From assembly GCA_001724265.1 (NCBI GenBank), contig MEDY01000020.1:62001-126000 (forward strand): a stretch of DNA of 64,000 nucleotides. Reading direction: 5' to 3'. Positions 11,026-22,001 of this stretch are shown one piece after another. Numbering within the stretch: the first letter of the stretch is position 1; the number at the start of each line of letters is the position of its first letter. This stretch comes from Rhizaria sp. SCN 62-66 (taxonomy: Eukaryota). Made by a program: the position numbers and the translations under genes. A model generated the notes under the pieces. The model was given only the letters and a program-made list of their open reading frames with translations, did not search any database and was not told the DNA's origin.

Positions 11026-14000
11026 TCACTTCAGATTGTTCAGAAGAAGCTTCTGCGCGCGAGCTACGTGACGTTTGCGCAGTGCAGCAGTGCGCCACGC
11101 TTCAAGGATGAGTCGCAGCAAGTCCTTAGCGCGCTCGCGCTTGGCGATTGCAGCACGACGGCGCCAAGCGCGGAAAGCGCCCTCAACAGCGGCCGCGCGC
11201 ACTGCGGCGCAGCGGCGCTCAAGCGCATCCCTGCGCCGCTGCTGCGAGACTGCGGCGGTCCACCACTGGCGCATCGCTTCGCGTTGCATGCGCTCGCACT
11301 GCAAGGCGTCCGCTGCAGCAAGCCACGCACGGTGCACGTTTGCGCGCATCCTTAATCGCCGCAAAGCCGCCACGCCACCGGCCAACGCGCGTACGCGGTG
11401 GTGCTGCGCCGCTGTCGCGGCGTCCGCACGAGCGCGCTGAGCCGCGACAAAGACAAGCCGCATGCGCGCAAAGCTTTCGCGCAAAAGGGCGGCCTCAAAC
11501 GCGTGTTCGATTGCCGCCACGCGCGCCGTTGCTGCACGCGCATGCGCTGCTTCCGCGCGCAACGCGGCTACCGCACTGTGCATGCGCTTTTTTTGAAGTG
11601 CGCTAGCTAACGCCGCTCCCGCCCGCGCCCGTGTATTACGTCCTGCATGAACTAACAGCGCGGCCACTGCATGGTGCTTTTTCACTGCAAGCACTGCATC
11701 TGCCGCAGCAGCGGTAGCACGCGCGAGCGAAAATGCCTCGCGCCATGCAACAAAGGCTCGTTCAGAAATCCCTACTGCGCGGCGGCGCTCAAAGACGGCA
11801 AGCAGCGCATCGGCTGCAGCTTTTTGGCGCGCGCCCGCGCGGCACCGCGCGTGATAGCGGCGCCACACGGCCCAGAGCGCTGGGAGCGCTGCGTGCCGCG
11901 CGTACGGCGCAGCGCTTGACAGGTCCAGGATGCCCAGCGTCTGCGGCAGCGGCACTGGAGCTTGTGCCACAGAGCCGTCGATCGGCCCACTCGGCGCAAC
12001 AGTGTCGTCATCATCGTCGCTATAGCGCGCGTGTGTAACAACTGCAGTGGCACTTGGTGTCGCAACAGGCGCAACAGAGGCAAATAGGCCACCCTTATTT
12101 TCGTTGACTCCGGCGGTGTGGGCGCTTGTGTTGTCGAGATCGAAGGTGACTGTTGGCAAGCGGCTACGGCCTGGAGTGTGGCGGTTGGGCGTTGTGCTGT
12201 TGCGCGGGGGCGTAAGGTAACCCACCGCGGGGGGCTTCTCCCCGTCATCGCCGCCCCAGCGTTCGCGGCGCTTGTCCTCAAGCAGCTGCTGCTCTCGTGC
12301 GCGTTCCTGTTGCTCCCAGAGTTGGATTGCGGCGAGGTGCTTCGCACGCGCACGCCCCGGCGTCCTCGCAACTGCACCCATACCAACACCCGTGCCCGCT
12401 GCGGCGGCTTCAGCAGCGCCTGCGCCAGCGTCAATCCCCGCCGCGCCAACGGGCAGGTGCGCGACGAAGCGGTAAAAAATCCGATGGCGTACCTCCGCCG
12501 ACACACGCTCAGCCAGGCGCGCGCGCAGACGGCTCGCCTCTGCAACAAGCTGCTGCCGCACTGCGACTTCGTGAGCCCACTTGCCCCAGCCCCAGCGCGC
12601 AAGGCGCTCGCCCTTGGCGCGGCCGAGCAGCGCCGCCAGGCGCACGCAGGCGATGCGCCGGCCCGCTGCGCGCTGCCATGCATTCAACACCATGCGCAGC
12701 GCCTCCAACCGGCTTGCCACGCGCGCCTCACGCACGCGCTCCTTCGATGCACGCATCTGTACAGCAAACGCCTTAAAGCGTGCGATTGCATCATGCAGCT
12801 GTGTGCGGCGTCGGTGTTCATGCGCGGTCTCAATCAACTTAGCGGGTTTCATATTGCTACGTAGTGATGCCATTGCCGCAACAAGTCCACAGCGCCGGTG
12901 GTGTGCAACTGCAATGCGCTGGCACTTAGCAGAATCTGCGTGTGCCTTTAACGCTTTGATTGCAAAGCGCACTCGACTAGTGTTGTTGTTGCAACGCGCC
13001 GAAGCTAACAACGCACGTGCACGCGCTTGCGAGCGCCACGGGTATTCTTGTCTACCGCTTGTAGCAGTGCTGCCACCACCATGACTACCAAGCGTAACGG
13101 TGAGAGTGTTGGTTTTAAAACGCAATAACGCGAGCGCGCGTAGCGCTAGTGACGGTGTCGTGACTGCGCCAGTGTACGGACACACCAAGCTCCAAAGTGC
13201 TTCGCTCGCGAGGTCAGGAGTGCGTTGCCGCAGCGTGATCCGCGCTAGTGGCGAGGGATACGGCGACAGTGGTGCGCGGGCTGTGGCACGGGCGCGCCAG
13301 TAACGCACCATGCCTTTTGCAAGCTGTCGCTTACGCTGAATGCTTGCCATTGCATGGCGCCGCAAAGCACGCAGCCCGCGCACCAGAGCTGCGCGCGCGA
13401 AACACGCATCTGCACCAGTTGTCACGCGCTTTAGAAACCGCGAGCCCGGCGCTACTTGCAATGCGGTGTGACCGCGGTCAAGTCCCAACATGGCCAAGCG
13501 GCGCAGTGCGCGTTTTGCCGAATGCGTGCACGCTAGAGCGCGCGCAGCAGACGCAGTCACTGCAGCTGCAGCACGTTGTGCTAAGACAGCCCGCCAGCGG
13601 CAAACGCCGCGCTTGATTGCGGAGCGCCTGGCAACTGCACGAGCTTGCTTGCGCTCACGTTGACGCCGCGCCCAGCACAGCCAACGAGCCACTGCGGCGC
13701 TCTTGCGACGGTTCCGGATAAGCGCAATACCCTCCGCAATAGCAGAAGAGTTTTTGCGATGGCGCCGCGCCCACACGCGCCACCGTGCAAGAGAGCCTGC
13801 AATCGTTGCCACGCAGTGCTGTTGCACAGCAGCACGTTGATCAACGCGCTGCTGCTGCCGCAAAAGCGCCCACAGGCGCAGGGCAGCAACGCCACGGCGG
13901 TGCGCACGCGCGCCACTTTCTGCCACAGCCGTCGTGCGCAGCGCAGTCTTGTTAGTGGCGTCGTGCGCGCGTTCCCGCCATATCTGCAAGACCCTCTCAA

Positions 14001-17000
14001 GCGCACTGCGGCGCGCAACTGCGCGCGGCACAGAGCGCAGACGTTGCTGCTCACGCACGTGGATCTGTAGCTGCACAATCGCGCGGCGCTTAGCGCTCTG
14101 AGCGGCCTCGGCGCGGACACACGCGCGGACACACTGCATAGTGCGCGCCAGCGCGGGCCGGCTCGCTCGCGGCAAACCGGGCCGCGCCTGCTGCAGCGTG
14201 AGCGCGGGCACTTGGCGTGCGTGCGGCTGTCGCGCATGCGCGGCCACTGCAGCTATTGCTGCACGACCAGATGCATCTGCCGGCCCACACAGACAAACAA
14301 AAGCGCCACGGCACCTGCGCGCACTAGGCTGCGCCGCGCCGGCGCCACTATCGGGCCTGCACTGGCAGCCGCCGCAGCCGCAGAGCCACCAGTGCCGGCG
14401 TTCGCGCACGCCGCGCACCCAGGCTCGCACAGCGCGTCGCTGCAGCGTGCGCGCCGTGAAGGCCTCAATAGCAGCAACGCGCTCGGCCTCTGCCTCGTCG
14501 CGCGCGGTGCGGTGCGCGGCCGCGTTGGCGCGCAGCGCGGCGACGGCGCCCTCGAGCGCGGAGAGGCGCTCCGCAGCCGTAAAGTGCGGACGCCAGAAGC
14601 GCCAGTCGTCGCGCACCACGGGCTGCGACGCGGCGACGGGCGCCGCGGAGAGGTGCACCTGCACGGCGGTCGCGGTCTCGGGCGTCGGGGCCACGACAGC
14701 GGCGGCGGCGGCCGCGGCGACGCGCGCCCAGTCAAACTCGCACGCTGCGGTGACGCGCGCGGTCGAGACGGAGCGTACGTCCGCCACGCGTCCCGCAGAC
14801 ACGGGACTCGGCACAGGCGCTGGTATTGGCACTGGCGCTGGCGCGGGAGCTGGTGCAGGCGCAAGCGGCTGCTGGGTGACAATCGTTTTTGTTTGAACTT
14901 GTGAGGGCGGTTGAGCTTGTGGTTGTGAAACGACATCATCCACTTTTTTTGCAGCAGGGATGGGAAAAGTCTTAGCAGAAGTTGGTGCAGGCTGCGAGAA
15001 CAACATGTGGACCGATGCAGTGTTGTTTGAGTTCACTGTAGTGCCGAGTCGTTTCGGGCTTGTCACCGACTCAGCCACAGGCACGGCTCGTGGCGATACA
15101 CCTACACCGCTGTCGCCACTGCTGCCACTGTAATCACGCCTGTAGTCAAGACTGCTGTCGCGCTTAAGCTCGTCACGCACCGTGTCGTCATCTTTGTATG
15201 TTTCTTCACCGTTGCTCTTGTTGCTGTATACGTCTTCAGTACGCGTCTCTTCGCTGGCAACGTCCATTTTGGGCGAGTCAACATGTTCATTGCTCACACC
15301 ATTCTTGCCACCGCCATAAAGCGCGTCGTACTCAGCGTCATATTCACCGTCATACGTAACATCCAGGTTGGAGGCAGCACAATTGTTGTTGTCGTCACCA
15401 AGATCTTCTGTCATACTTTCGGCAGTGGACGCAAGCATAGCGTTGCCGTCGTCAATAGCGCCATCATCAACGCCGTACGAGAGCTCTAATGCAGGCGCAT
15501 TTGCGCTGCCTTCAATGTCTCCCGTGAGGATCTCACTCTCTAACTCCATAGCATCGCCCTCAAGACACACATGCTCATCCGCAGGGTACTCATGCTCTTC
15601 TGCAGAGTCACCCTCACACACGTACCCAAGCGCAGCCGCCGCCGCGGTCTCAGCAGTCTCGGCGGGGTCGTCTTCCCCGAGCAGCAGCAGCACCGAGAGC
15701 GCCGCGCTCGTGGGCGACAGCGCGTCGCTGTCGGCGCCGCTTAGTTCAGAGTCCGCGCCGGCTTCAGTGTCCATCGCACTTGAGCTCACACTCGCAGGAT
15801 CAGTTTCGGGCTCCGCTTCCAGCGGCTCGAGCTCCGATTCGGGGTTGTGCTGTGTTGCGTGCGGCCGCTGTGAGGGGAAGCGCAACGAGTCGGGCATCAC
15901 AACCACAAACTCAGCGTCTGCAGATCCAGCGGTCGACGCGTCTGCAATATCTGCAGTCTTGCGCTCGGCAGGCTCAAGCATCACTTGCATATTCGTGCGC
16001 CGAACTTCATCGAATTTCGACAAATCATATCTCGGCGTTTGCGGCGTACACGGGTCCGCGGTGAACTGAGCGCCAAACGGCGACTGCAAGTCTGACGTGT
16101 ACTTTGCCTCAGCCTCGCCGCTCGCAGTGTACAGAGAGGCCCCGCGCGCGGGCGTGAGCGCTGCAAGCCCGTGCGACCACACCGGCAGCCCACGGTCACT
16201 TTTTACACTGGCGCTAACTGCGGCCGTGCCCAGCCCGCGCCCCGGCGCCGCCACAGCGCCGCTAGCGCCGGTGATGCCGCCGCTGACTGTGCCTTTGGCG
16301 GGCGTGTACACGCCCGTGTAGGTTCCGCGGCCCGCCTCAAGCCGTGCCTGCAGCGCGGAGATCGTGCGGATCTGCGAGCTCAGCTCCGGCAGCGTGCTCT
16401 GCGCAGGCGGCGGCACGCTGGGCGTGTGCGACTTAAGAGGCGCAGACGTGCGCGGCGCATATTGCTGTTGCGAATACTGATGATAGCCGCTGCTGCTGTT
16501 ATAGATGCTTTCCAGAAGCCTATGACTGCTGCCGTACGCGTGGCCATACCCCGTCGACGCGCCGAGTGAGCTTAGCGCAGTCGGCGCCGCAATGGATTGG
16601 GCTGTCGGTACGGGCGTGGCGACTGTGAGCGGGAGATCGCGCCAGAGCTGGGCGAGTGCGGCGTACACGCGGTCACCGGCGCCGCCCGCGGCCGCGCGCT
16701 GGTAGTGAAACGCATGGGGCGCGGCGGCCGTGCCGTGCAGGTCAACCGAAGCCGTGTGCACGACGCCGGTGCGGGCGTTGACGCGCGTCACTGTGGCCCG
16801 CGGGAAGACTTGCGCGGCGGCGGCAGGGGACTGGAGGGTGAAGCGGGCCATCACGGCGTCGAAGGCCGCGAGCATGCCCACGTACGTGCACGGCCGCGGC
16901 GCCGCGGTGCGGTGCGCGACGGAGATGACCTCGCGCAGGAGCGACGCGTCAGGCTCCAGCAGCGACAGCGCGGCGGCGCGCGCGAGCCAGGCGGCTTCGG

Positions 17001-17208
17001 TGGGCATCAACACTGCAGACGACGACACCGGCGCGGGCACGAACGCGGCACGCGAGGACGACGACGAGGACGATGGCACGGACGGGTGCAGCAGCACACG
17101 CGGCGCTAATGAGGACGTGACTGGAAGAGGGCCGAACAGGGCGGTGCGCATGGGACTACCGTGCACAGGCACTGGAGTGGCACCTGGAAAGGCGTTGTGG
17201 GAGGACAT
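11026..17208 (-). CDS. Sfi1-like centrin-binding repeat protein (2,060 aa)
   Basis: C-terminal half carries at least 12 helical repeats ending in hydrophobic-x-x-W-R/K (LERVLQIWRE, GSLARWRVW, KRGVCRWRA, LRMVLNAWQR, SERAFVAWRE, VEGAFRAWRR, LLRLILEAWRT), as in Sfi1 repeats; N-terminal half is low-complexity and acidic; single exon; ends TGA. Confidence 0.7.
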   Translation of the reverse strand: MSSHNAFPGATPVPVHGSPMRTALFGPLPVTSSLAPRVLLHPSVPSSSSSSSRAAFVPAPVSSSAVLMPTEAAWLARAAALSLLEPDASLLREVISVAHRTAAPRPCTYVGMLAAFDAVMARFTLQSPAAAAQVFPRATVTRVNARTGVVHTASVDLHGTAAAPHAFHYQRAAAGGAGDRVYAALAQLWRDLPLTVATPVPTAQSIAAPTALSSLGASTGYGHAYGSSHRLLESIYNSSSGYHQYSQQQYAPRTSAPLKSHTPSVPPPAQSTLPELSSQIRTISALQARLEAGRGTYTGVYTPAKGTVSGGITGASGAVAAPGRGLGTAAVSASVKSDRGLPVWSHGLAALTPARGASLYTASGEAEAKYTSDLQSPFGAQFTADPCTPQTPRYDLSKFDEVRRTNMQVMLEPAERKTADIADASTAGSADAEFVVVMPDSLRFPSQRPHATQHNPESELEPLEAEPETDPASVSSSAMDTEAGADSELSGADSDALSPTSAALSVLLLLGEDDPAETAETAAAAALGYVCEGDSAEEHEYPADEHVCLEGDAMELESEILTGDIEGSANAPALELSYGVDDGAIDDGNAMLASTAESMTEDLGDDNNNCAASNLDVTYDGEYDAEYDALYGGGKNGVSNEHVDSPKMDVASEETRTEDVYSNKSNGEETYKDDDTVRDELKRDSSLDYRRDYSGSSGDSGVGVSPRAVPVAESVTSPKRLGTTVNSNNTASVHMLFSQPAPTSAKTFPIPAAKKVDDVVSQPQAQPPSQVQTKTIVTQQPLAPAPAPAPAPVPIPAPVPSPVSAGRVADVRSVSTARVTAACEFDWARVAAAAAAAVVAPTPETATAVQVHLSAAPVAASQPVVRDDWRFWRPHFTAAERLSALEGAVAALRANAAAHRTARDEAEAERVAAIEAFTARTLQRRAVRAWVRGVRERRHWWLCGCGGCQCRPDSGAGAAQPSARRCRGAFVCLCGPADASGRAAIAAVAAHARQPHARQVPALTLQQARPGLPRASRPALARTMQCVRACVRAEAAQSAKRRAIVQLQIHVREQQRLRSVPRAVARRSALERVLQIWRERAHDATNKTALRTTAVAESGARAHRRGVAALRLWALLRQQQRVDQRAAVQQHCVATIAGSLARWRVWARRHRKNSSAIAEGIALIRNRRKSAAVARWLCWARRQRERKQARAVARRSAIKRGVCRWRAVLAQRAAAAVTASAARALACTHSAKRALRRLAMLGLDRGHTALQVAPGSRFLKRVTTGADACFARAALVRGLRALRRHAMASIQRKRQLAKGMVRYWRARATARAPLSPYPSPLARITLRQRTPDLASEALWSLVCPYTGAVTTPSLALRALALLRFKTNTLTVTLGSHGGGSTATSGRQEYPWRSQARARALLASARCNNNTSRVRFAIKALKAHADSAKCQRIAVAHHRRCGLVAAMASLRSNMKPAKLIETAHEHRRRTQLHDAIARFKAFAVQMRASKERVREARVASRLEALRMVLNAWQRAAGRRIACVRLAALLGRAKGERLARWGWGKWAHEVAVRQQLVAEASRLRARLAERVSAEVRHRIFYRFVAHLPVGAAGIDAGAGAAEAAAAGTGVGMGAVARTPGRARAKHLAAIQLWEQQERAREQQLLEDKRRERWGGDDGEKPPAVGYLTPPRNSTTPNRHTPGRSRLPTVTFDLDNTSAHTAGVNENKGGLFASVAPVATPSATAVVTHARYSDDDDDTVAPSGPIDGSVAQAPVPLPQTLGILDLSSAAPYARHAALPALWAVWRRYHARCRAGARQKAAADALLAVFERRRAVGISERAFVAWREAFSLARATAAAADAVLAVKKHHAVAALLVHAGRNTRARAGAALASALQKKRMHSAVAALRAEAAHARAATARVAAIEHAFEAALLRESFARMRLVFVAAQRARADAATAAQHHRVRALAGGVAALRRLRMRANVHRAWLAAADALQCERMQREAMRQWWTAAVSQQRRRDALERRCAAVRAAAVEGAFRAWRRRAAIAKRERAKDLLRLILEAWRTAALRKRHVARAQKLLLNNLK

Positions 17209-17327
17209 TGGTGTGCTAGTCCAAGAACCACCTGAAGAAAGACAGAGAAAAGGAAATGTCAGAGTTTAATTAAATGCTGTAAGCCTACACATTTATGAAA
17301 ACAACATGTTTTGATGATTTATTCTAC

Positions 17328-17402
17328 AACGGATTTTTCACGGCAGGACGCAGTGTTAAAATGTGATGGCTTCATGAGAGGAGGCAGCTTCTCCAACGGC
17401 TA
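17328..17402. promoter_or_regulatory. Two MSA/MYB-like AACGG elements upstream of the Sfi1-like gene
   Basis: CAACGG (core 17328-17332) and TCCAACGGCT (core 17395-17399); the second matches the YCYAACGGYY consensus. Function inferred only. Confidence 0.35.
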
Positions 17403-17978
17403 TCTTAGTGGCAAAAATAGAATCTGAAGTCGTTTGTACATGTAACAGTTTTACGAGTTGTAATAAGCACTTTGCATCAAAGAATAACATTATGTTTCGT
17501 TATTAAATCAATGTTTTATTGGCTGTTCAGTTCCCTTAGTCGATATATAACCAGAAACGATGTCGGGATCATCCGCCCAAAGACGCATCTTGAGTCTTTC
17601 GGCGCTGCTGTCACGGGCGACGCTGCTGCATTATGCCGCAAATCGTATCGCGTGCAAGGAGTAGTGTTTGTTGTGACCGCCACAGACGTTGTTAGTGCCG
17701 CATCTCGCCAAGAGACGCGTCGCAACGCCTGCGCATACGGCCACGCTACCCGCGTGCCAACCTGAACTTCATTCTTCCCCCTTCCTTACCACCATATTAC
17801 TACATATACAAACAAAATGCAAAGACAAAAACAATTAGAGGCACAAACACAAAACAGATAAACACTATCCATAACACAGATTTAACAGAACAAGGCAATT
17901 TCACCCCTCCAGCCAACAACTTATCAATGATTCACTGTTGTTAACACCACAAAGCGACACACGAGCGAGCGCCTGCAT

Positions 17979-20900
17979 TTAAGCTGTGTTCTCCTTGTTG
18001 TCGGCGGCAATCTCAACGGACACTGCGGAGAAGAAGGGCGAGGACGCGACCACGGGGTCGACGATCTTGCCCGCGGCAGCCGTGGCGCGCTGCTGCGCCG
18101 CGGCGGCCGCGCGCTGCTGCGTCGCCGCGGCGGCCTGCTTGCGCGCCTCGGCCGCGGTCGGCGTCGCCGCGCCGAACGCGCCCAGCCGCGCGGAGCCCGC
18201 GCCTGCGCCCGCGCCGAGCAGCGCGGTGGCCGACGCGGAGACCGAAAGGCGCGCGCGCGCCCCGGCGGCCGTGGGGGTGCCGACGGTGCGCGCGCCGGCG
18301 CCTCCGATGGTGGGGCGCGTGACGGCGCCCGTCGCGGTGCGCGCGAGCGCCGCGTTGGCAGACGCGCCGGCGCCCGCAGCGGAGAGTGGGGCTACCGCGG
18401 GTGCTGCCGTTGTGGCGGCCGCGTTAGCGACGGCGGCGACGCGGGACGTGCGCGAGAGTGCGCGCGCGGACGAGGCTGCGGCCGGCGGCCCCATGAGCGA
18501 CGCGCTCGACGCCGTGGCACTGGGCGTCGCCGAGGGCGCGCGCGCGCGGGCCGCCGTCGACACGGGCGTGCGGCCGCGGACAGCCGCGCCGACCGTTGAG
18601 TGCGCGCCCGCGCGGGGCGTCGCCGCTGAGCCGGGCCGGGCGCCGGCACCGGCGGCGCCGCCGGCGGAGCGCGCATTGAGCTGCTCCTCGAGGCGCGTGC
18701 GGTCGCCGAGCGCGAAGCGCAGCTGGGCCTCGAGCGCCTCCTTCTCGCGCTCGTACTCGATGAACTTCTCCTCAAAGCGCAGCTGGTCCGAGTGCGCCTT
18801 GGCCTTGTACATCTGCATCTTGCTCACGGCGGCGTCGTGCAGCTTCTCCTGGGCGCCCGCCGCGGCCTCGACGGCGGCCTTTTCCTCGCGCACGCGCTCT
18901 GTCTCGGCGCGCGCGGCCGCCAGCACGCCCGCAGCCTCCTCGCGCGCCAGCCGCAGCGAGCGGCCCGCCTCGTCACGGAGCTGCGCGACCGTGTTCTGAC
19001 CGGCGTCGAGCCGCGCCTGCATGTCGGCCTCAGTGGCCGCCCACGCGCGCTGCGCCTGCTCAAACTGCGTCTGCAGCATCGCCAGCGCGGCTTTGGCCGT
19101 CATGCTGTCCGTCTCGGCCGTCTTGAGCCGCTCCAGAGTGCGGGTGGAGGTCTCGCGCTCTTGCTCGTCGCTCGCCGCGCGCGCGCGCGCCTCGGCCGCC
19201 TGCATCGCGACCAGCTCGCCGTGCGCGCCGCGCAGTGCGGCGAGCTCTGCGCCCAGCCGCGCAGCCTCGCTCTGCGCCGCGTCGCGTGCGGTCGTCACGG
19301 CGAGCATGTCCCCGTCGAAGGTCGCCGTGCGCGCCTCAGCGGCGGTGCGCGCGGCCACGGCCTCGCGGTGGCCCTCGGTCGCTGCCTCCAGCGCCGTCGT
19401 CAGGTCCGCGATCTCGCTCGCCGCCAGCGCGCAGTTGCCGCACGCGCCCGCGCCGCCGCTGCACCCGAACTCAGGGTCGCAGTCCGCGCCGTCGCCGTCG
19501 CCGTCGTCCTCGGGCGCGGTGCGGCGGAGGTCGGCCAGGGCTTTGGTGAGGCGCTCGACCTCGGCCGAGAGCTCCTCGCTGCGCGCCATCGCGCTCAAGA
19601 GCATGTTGCGCTCCTTCTCGTCGCGCGTCTCGTTGATCTAGAGAGAAATAAACAGAGCGAGGCAGAGTTGTGAAGTGTGAGTGTGCAAGCTAGGTCGGTT
19701 TACAAGTTGAATTCGACAATAATTAACAATCTTTTGAAACATTAGAACGCGTTTAGATGCGTACCTTAGCAAAGTTCTTGACTTCGAGAGCGTTTGAGGC
19801 AAAGCGAAGCGTGGAGATGGTCATGTTGACGGCCGAGATACTGGGCGAGATGCACGCAATAAGGCATGTGAGACAGTTGCCGCCGAACGAGTCTTGCAGC
19901 AAGTACGTGAGCGCCGAGTCGCGGTACGGGATGACGGCGCGTTTGCCCGAGCGCGCCGAGTCCTTGAGGCGCGAGATGACAAGCGAGAGCGTCGACAGCG
20001 ACGAGTTGATCGAGCACGCCTCGGAGAGCTGCATGCCCTTGGTCTGCGCCTCCTTCTGGCGTTCCGAGCCCGCTAGATCGACCAGCGTGAAAGTGGCCAG
20101 CCGCGCGACGGTGGACCCGTCAAGCTCTTTCTCCGTCGTGTGGAGCTTGAGGCGGAACACGCTGTGCGAGCGCGATGATTCAGCATTCGCGGCCGTCGCA
20201 GACACGCGGCGGTTGTCCGCACCCTTCTTGATGTAGTAGAGGCACTCGGCGGCGTCACCGACAAAGACGGAACGGTAGTTGGCCTGTCCGCTTGCCAGCG
20301 CGGCCGTCGACATCACGTTGAGGCCATTGCTGGGACTGCCGCCGTTGACCGGAGAGGTCGCGGAAGCGCCCCCGTTGGCCGCGTTGGCGGCGGCGGCGGC
20401 GGCGGCGGCCCCGGCGGTAGTGGTGGCGGCGGACCCGCGGCGCAGGTTGCGCGGCATGTCGGGCACACCCGCAAGCAGGTCCTCAGTCTTGTCGAGGTAC
20501 AGCTGGAGGTACGAGATAGAGACCGTGGACACGGCCGACGGGTTCGACTCGGCGCGCTTTGCAAGCGCCTCGAAGACGTGCTCGACCGCGCGCGGCATCA
20601 GGCCGCGCGTGGAGGTCGCGCATGCCACGTCGCCAGGGCCCTGAATCGCGTAGGTCTTGCCGGAGCCCGTCTGGCCGTAGGCCAGAATGGTCCCGTTGAA
20701 GCCCGCGAGGAAGCGGTCGGCGATCGGGCGGCCGACCTGCGAAGAGAGAAAAGTCACGCAGAAACAAACACGAGCACAGAAAAGTGAGCTATTACGTGAG
20801 AAACTAGAATCCAATTGTACTTGCAAAGATATGCTGCAATTTGATATGATTTAAGATAATTATGATGCGATGTGCGGATAGACCCCGAAAGAGCCGTTGG

Positions 20901-21378
20901 GCCGCGCGAGGCGGGTCTGCCGGTGCTTTGAAGATAGGCGATGCATGAATGCGGTGACGTACGTGCTCGAAAACGTCCTCTTGGGGCACCTCAGGCGCGA
21001 GGATGCGGTCGAACTGGTACGCGCTGTTAAGGTGGACGCTCTGTTTGGGTTGGCGCGCCGTCACGTTGACCGTCGACGGCGGCTGCAGTGTGATGCACGT
21101 GCTTTATGAGGGAAGGGAAATAAAGCGCAAACAAAAATGGAACGGAATGTGAGTATGCAGAGCCGATAAAAACGCGTAGTTTCAATCTTACCAGAAATGA
21201 AGCAGCCCATTTCGGATTGTTCTAACGGCATGGTGGCGGTCTAGAAGGGGCGTGGGACGTACTCCTCATCGGGACGGGGGGGCGCGACCTTGACAACAAC
21301 GTTGATGCGAAAGACTTCGTCTGTGGCAGCAGAGACCGACCTCACGCCGGCACCGCCAGACGCGGAACGGTCAGCCAT
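17979..21378 (-). CDS. Kinesin, N-terminal motor plus coiled-coil stalk, kinesin-12/KIF15-like; 4 exons (21378-21263, 21101-20963, 20736-19765, 19637-17979), 961 aa
   Basis: INVVVKV, YQFDRIL..QEDVFE, GFNGTILAYGQTGSGKT (P-loop), SSRSH, LVDLAGSERQK, IPYRDSALTYLLQDSFGGN; three GTACG...AG introns keep the frame and join the motor ORF to the 17979..19604 coiled-coil ORF; ends TAA. Subfamily inferred from the DLAGSERQK..GMQLSEA..IN.SLS context. Confidence 0.88.
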
Positions 21379-21580
21379 GAAACTGGGGCGCGGAGAGGTG
21401 GACTCAACCGGCAGACGTGGATGCTGAGAGGGGGAGAGGTGGGGTCGAGGAGTGGCCGGTGATGCTTCGGCTTTTCCGCTGGCTGTTTTCTACGTGTCAG
21501 CAAGGTTTACAGAAGTAAAAAAGAAACTACAAGTTGAATCAATACAGGATCAGTCATAGTATATCAATAGAATTTGCAAT

Positions 21581-21671
21581 AACGGAAGCTCTAGCTCAAA
21601 ATAAAGGTGCGAAAGAAGCGACTAGGCGTGAAACCTCTTCTGACAACGGGCCACCAACGGATAGCCGTTGG
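21581..21671. promoter_or_regulatory. Cluster of four AACGG (MSA/MYB-like) elements upstream of the kinesin gene, including the inverted pair CCAACGG-ATAG-CCGTTGG
   Basis: AACGG at 21581, 21645 and 21656, and CCGTT at 21665. Function inferred only. Confidence 0.4.
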
Positions 21672-22001
21672 GACTGCGCGAGCCGACGTTTATGACTGTG
21701 AGCAAGCACCGATGCGCCACTTTGTAGTGTCATTCAGTGTCAGAATGAGTTCTTATTAAAATAAATTTGGGAAATTGTATTATTGATGTTGAGCTATGTA
21801 TAATTGAGAGACGTATTATCTGTTGAACTCATGTCTACACTGATATAATGCGAATTTCTAAAACTGTCGTTACTCTTCGGCCTTACAAAACGGCCCTGGG
21901 TGGCACATAAACAGAGTTTAGTGATATAATCGCAAATGATTTTATAGAGCGCACATAAACACACGCCTCATACTCAGCGGGCTTTTACTGCGACATGCTT
22001 C

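Noticed and set aside
435-17208. Functional clustering of the EF-hand gene with the Sfi1-like (centrin-binding) gene
   Set aside because: The EF-hand protein looks calmodulin-like rather than clearly centrin, and three unrelated genes lie between them.
19638-19640. In-frame TAG upstream of the 17979..19604 ORF
   Set aside because: It is the acceptor of kinesin intron 3, preceded by a pyrimidine tract.
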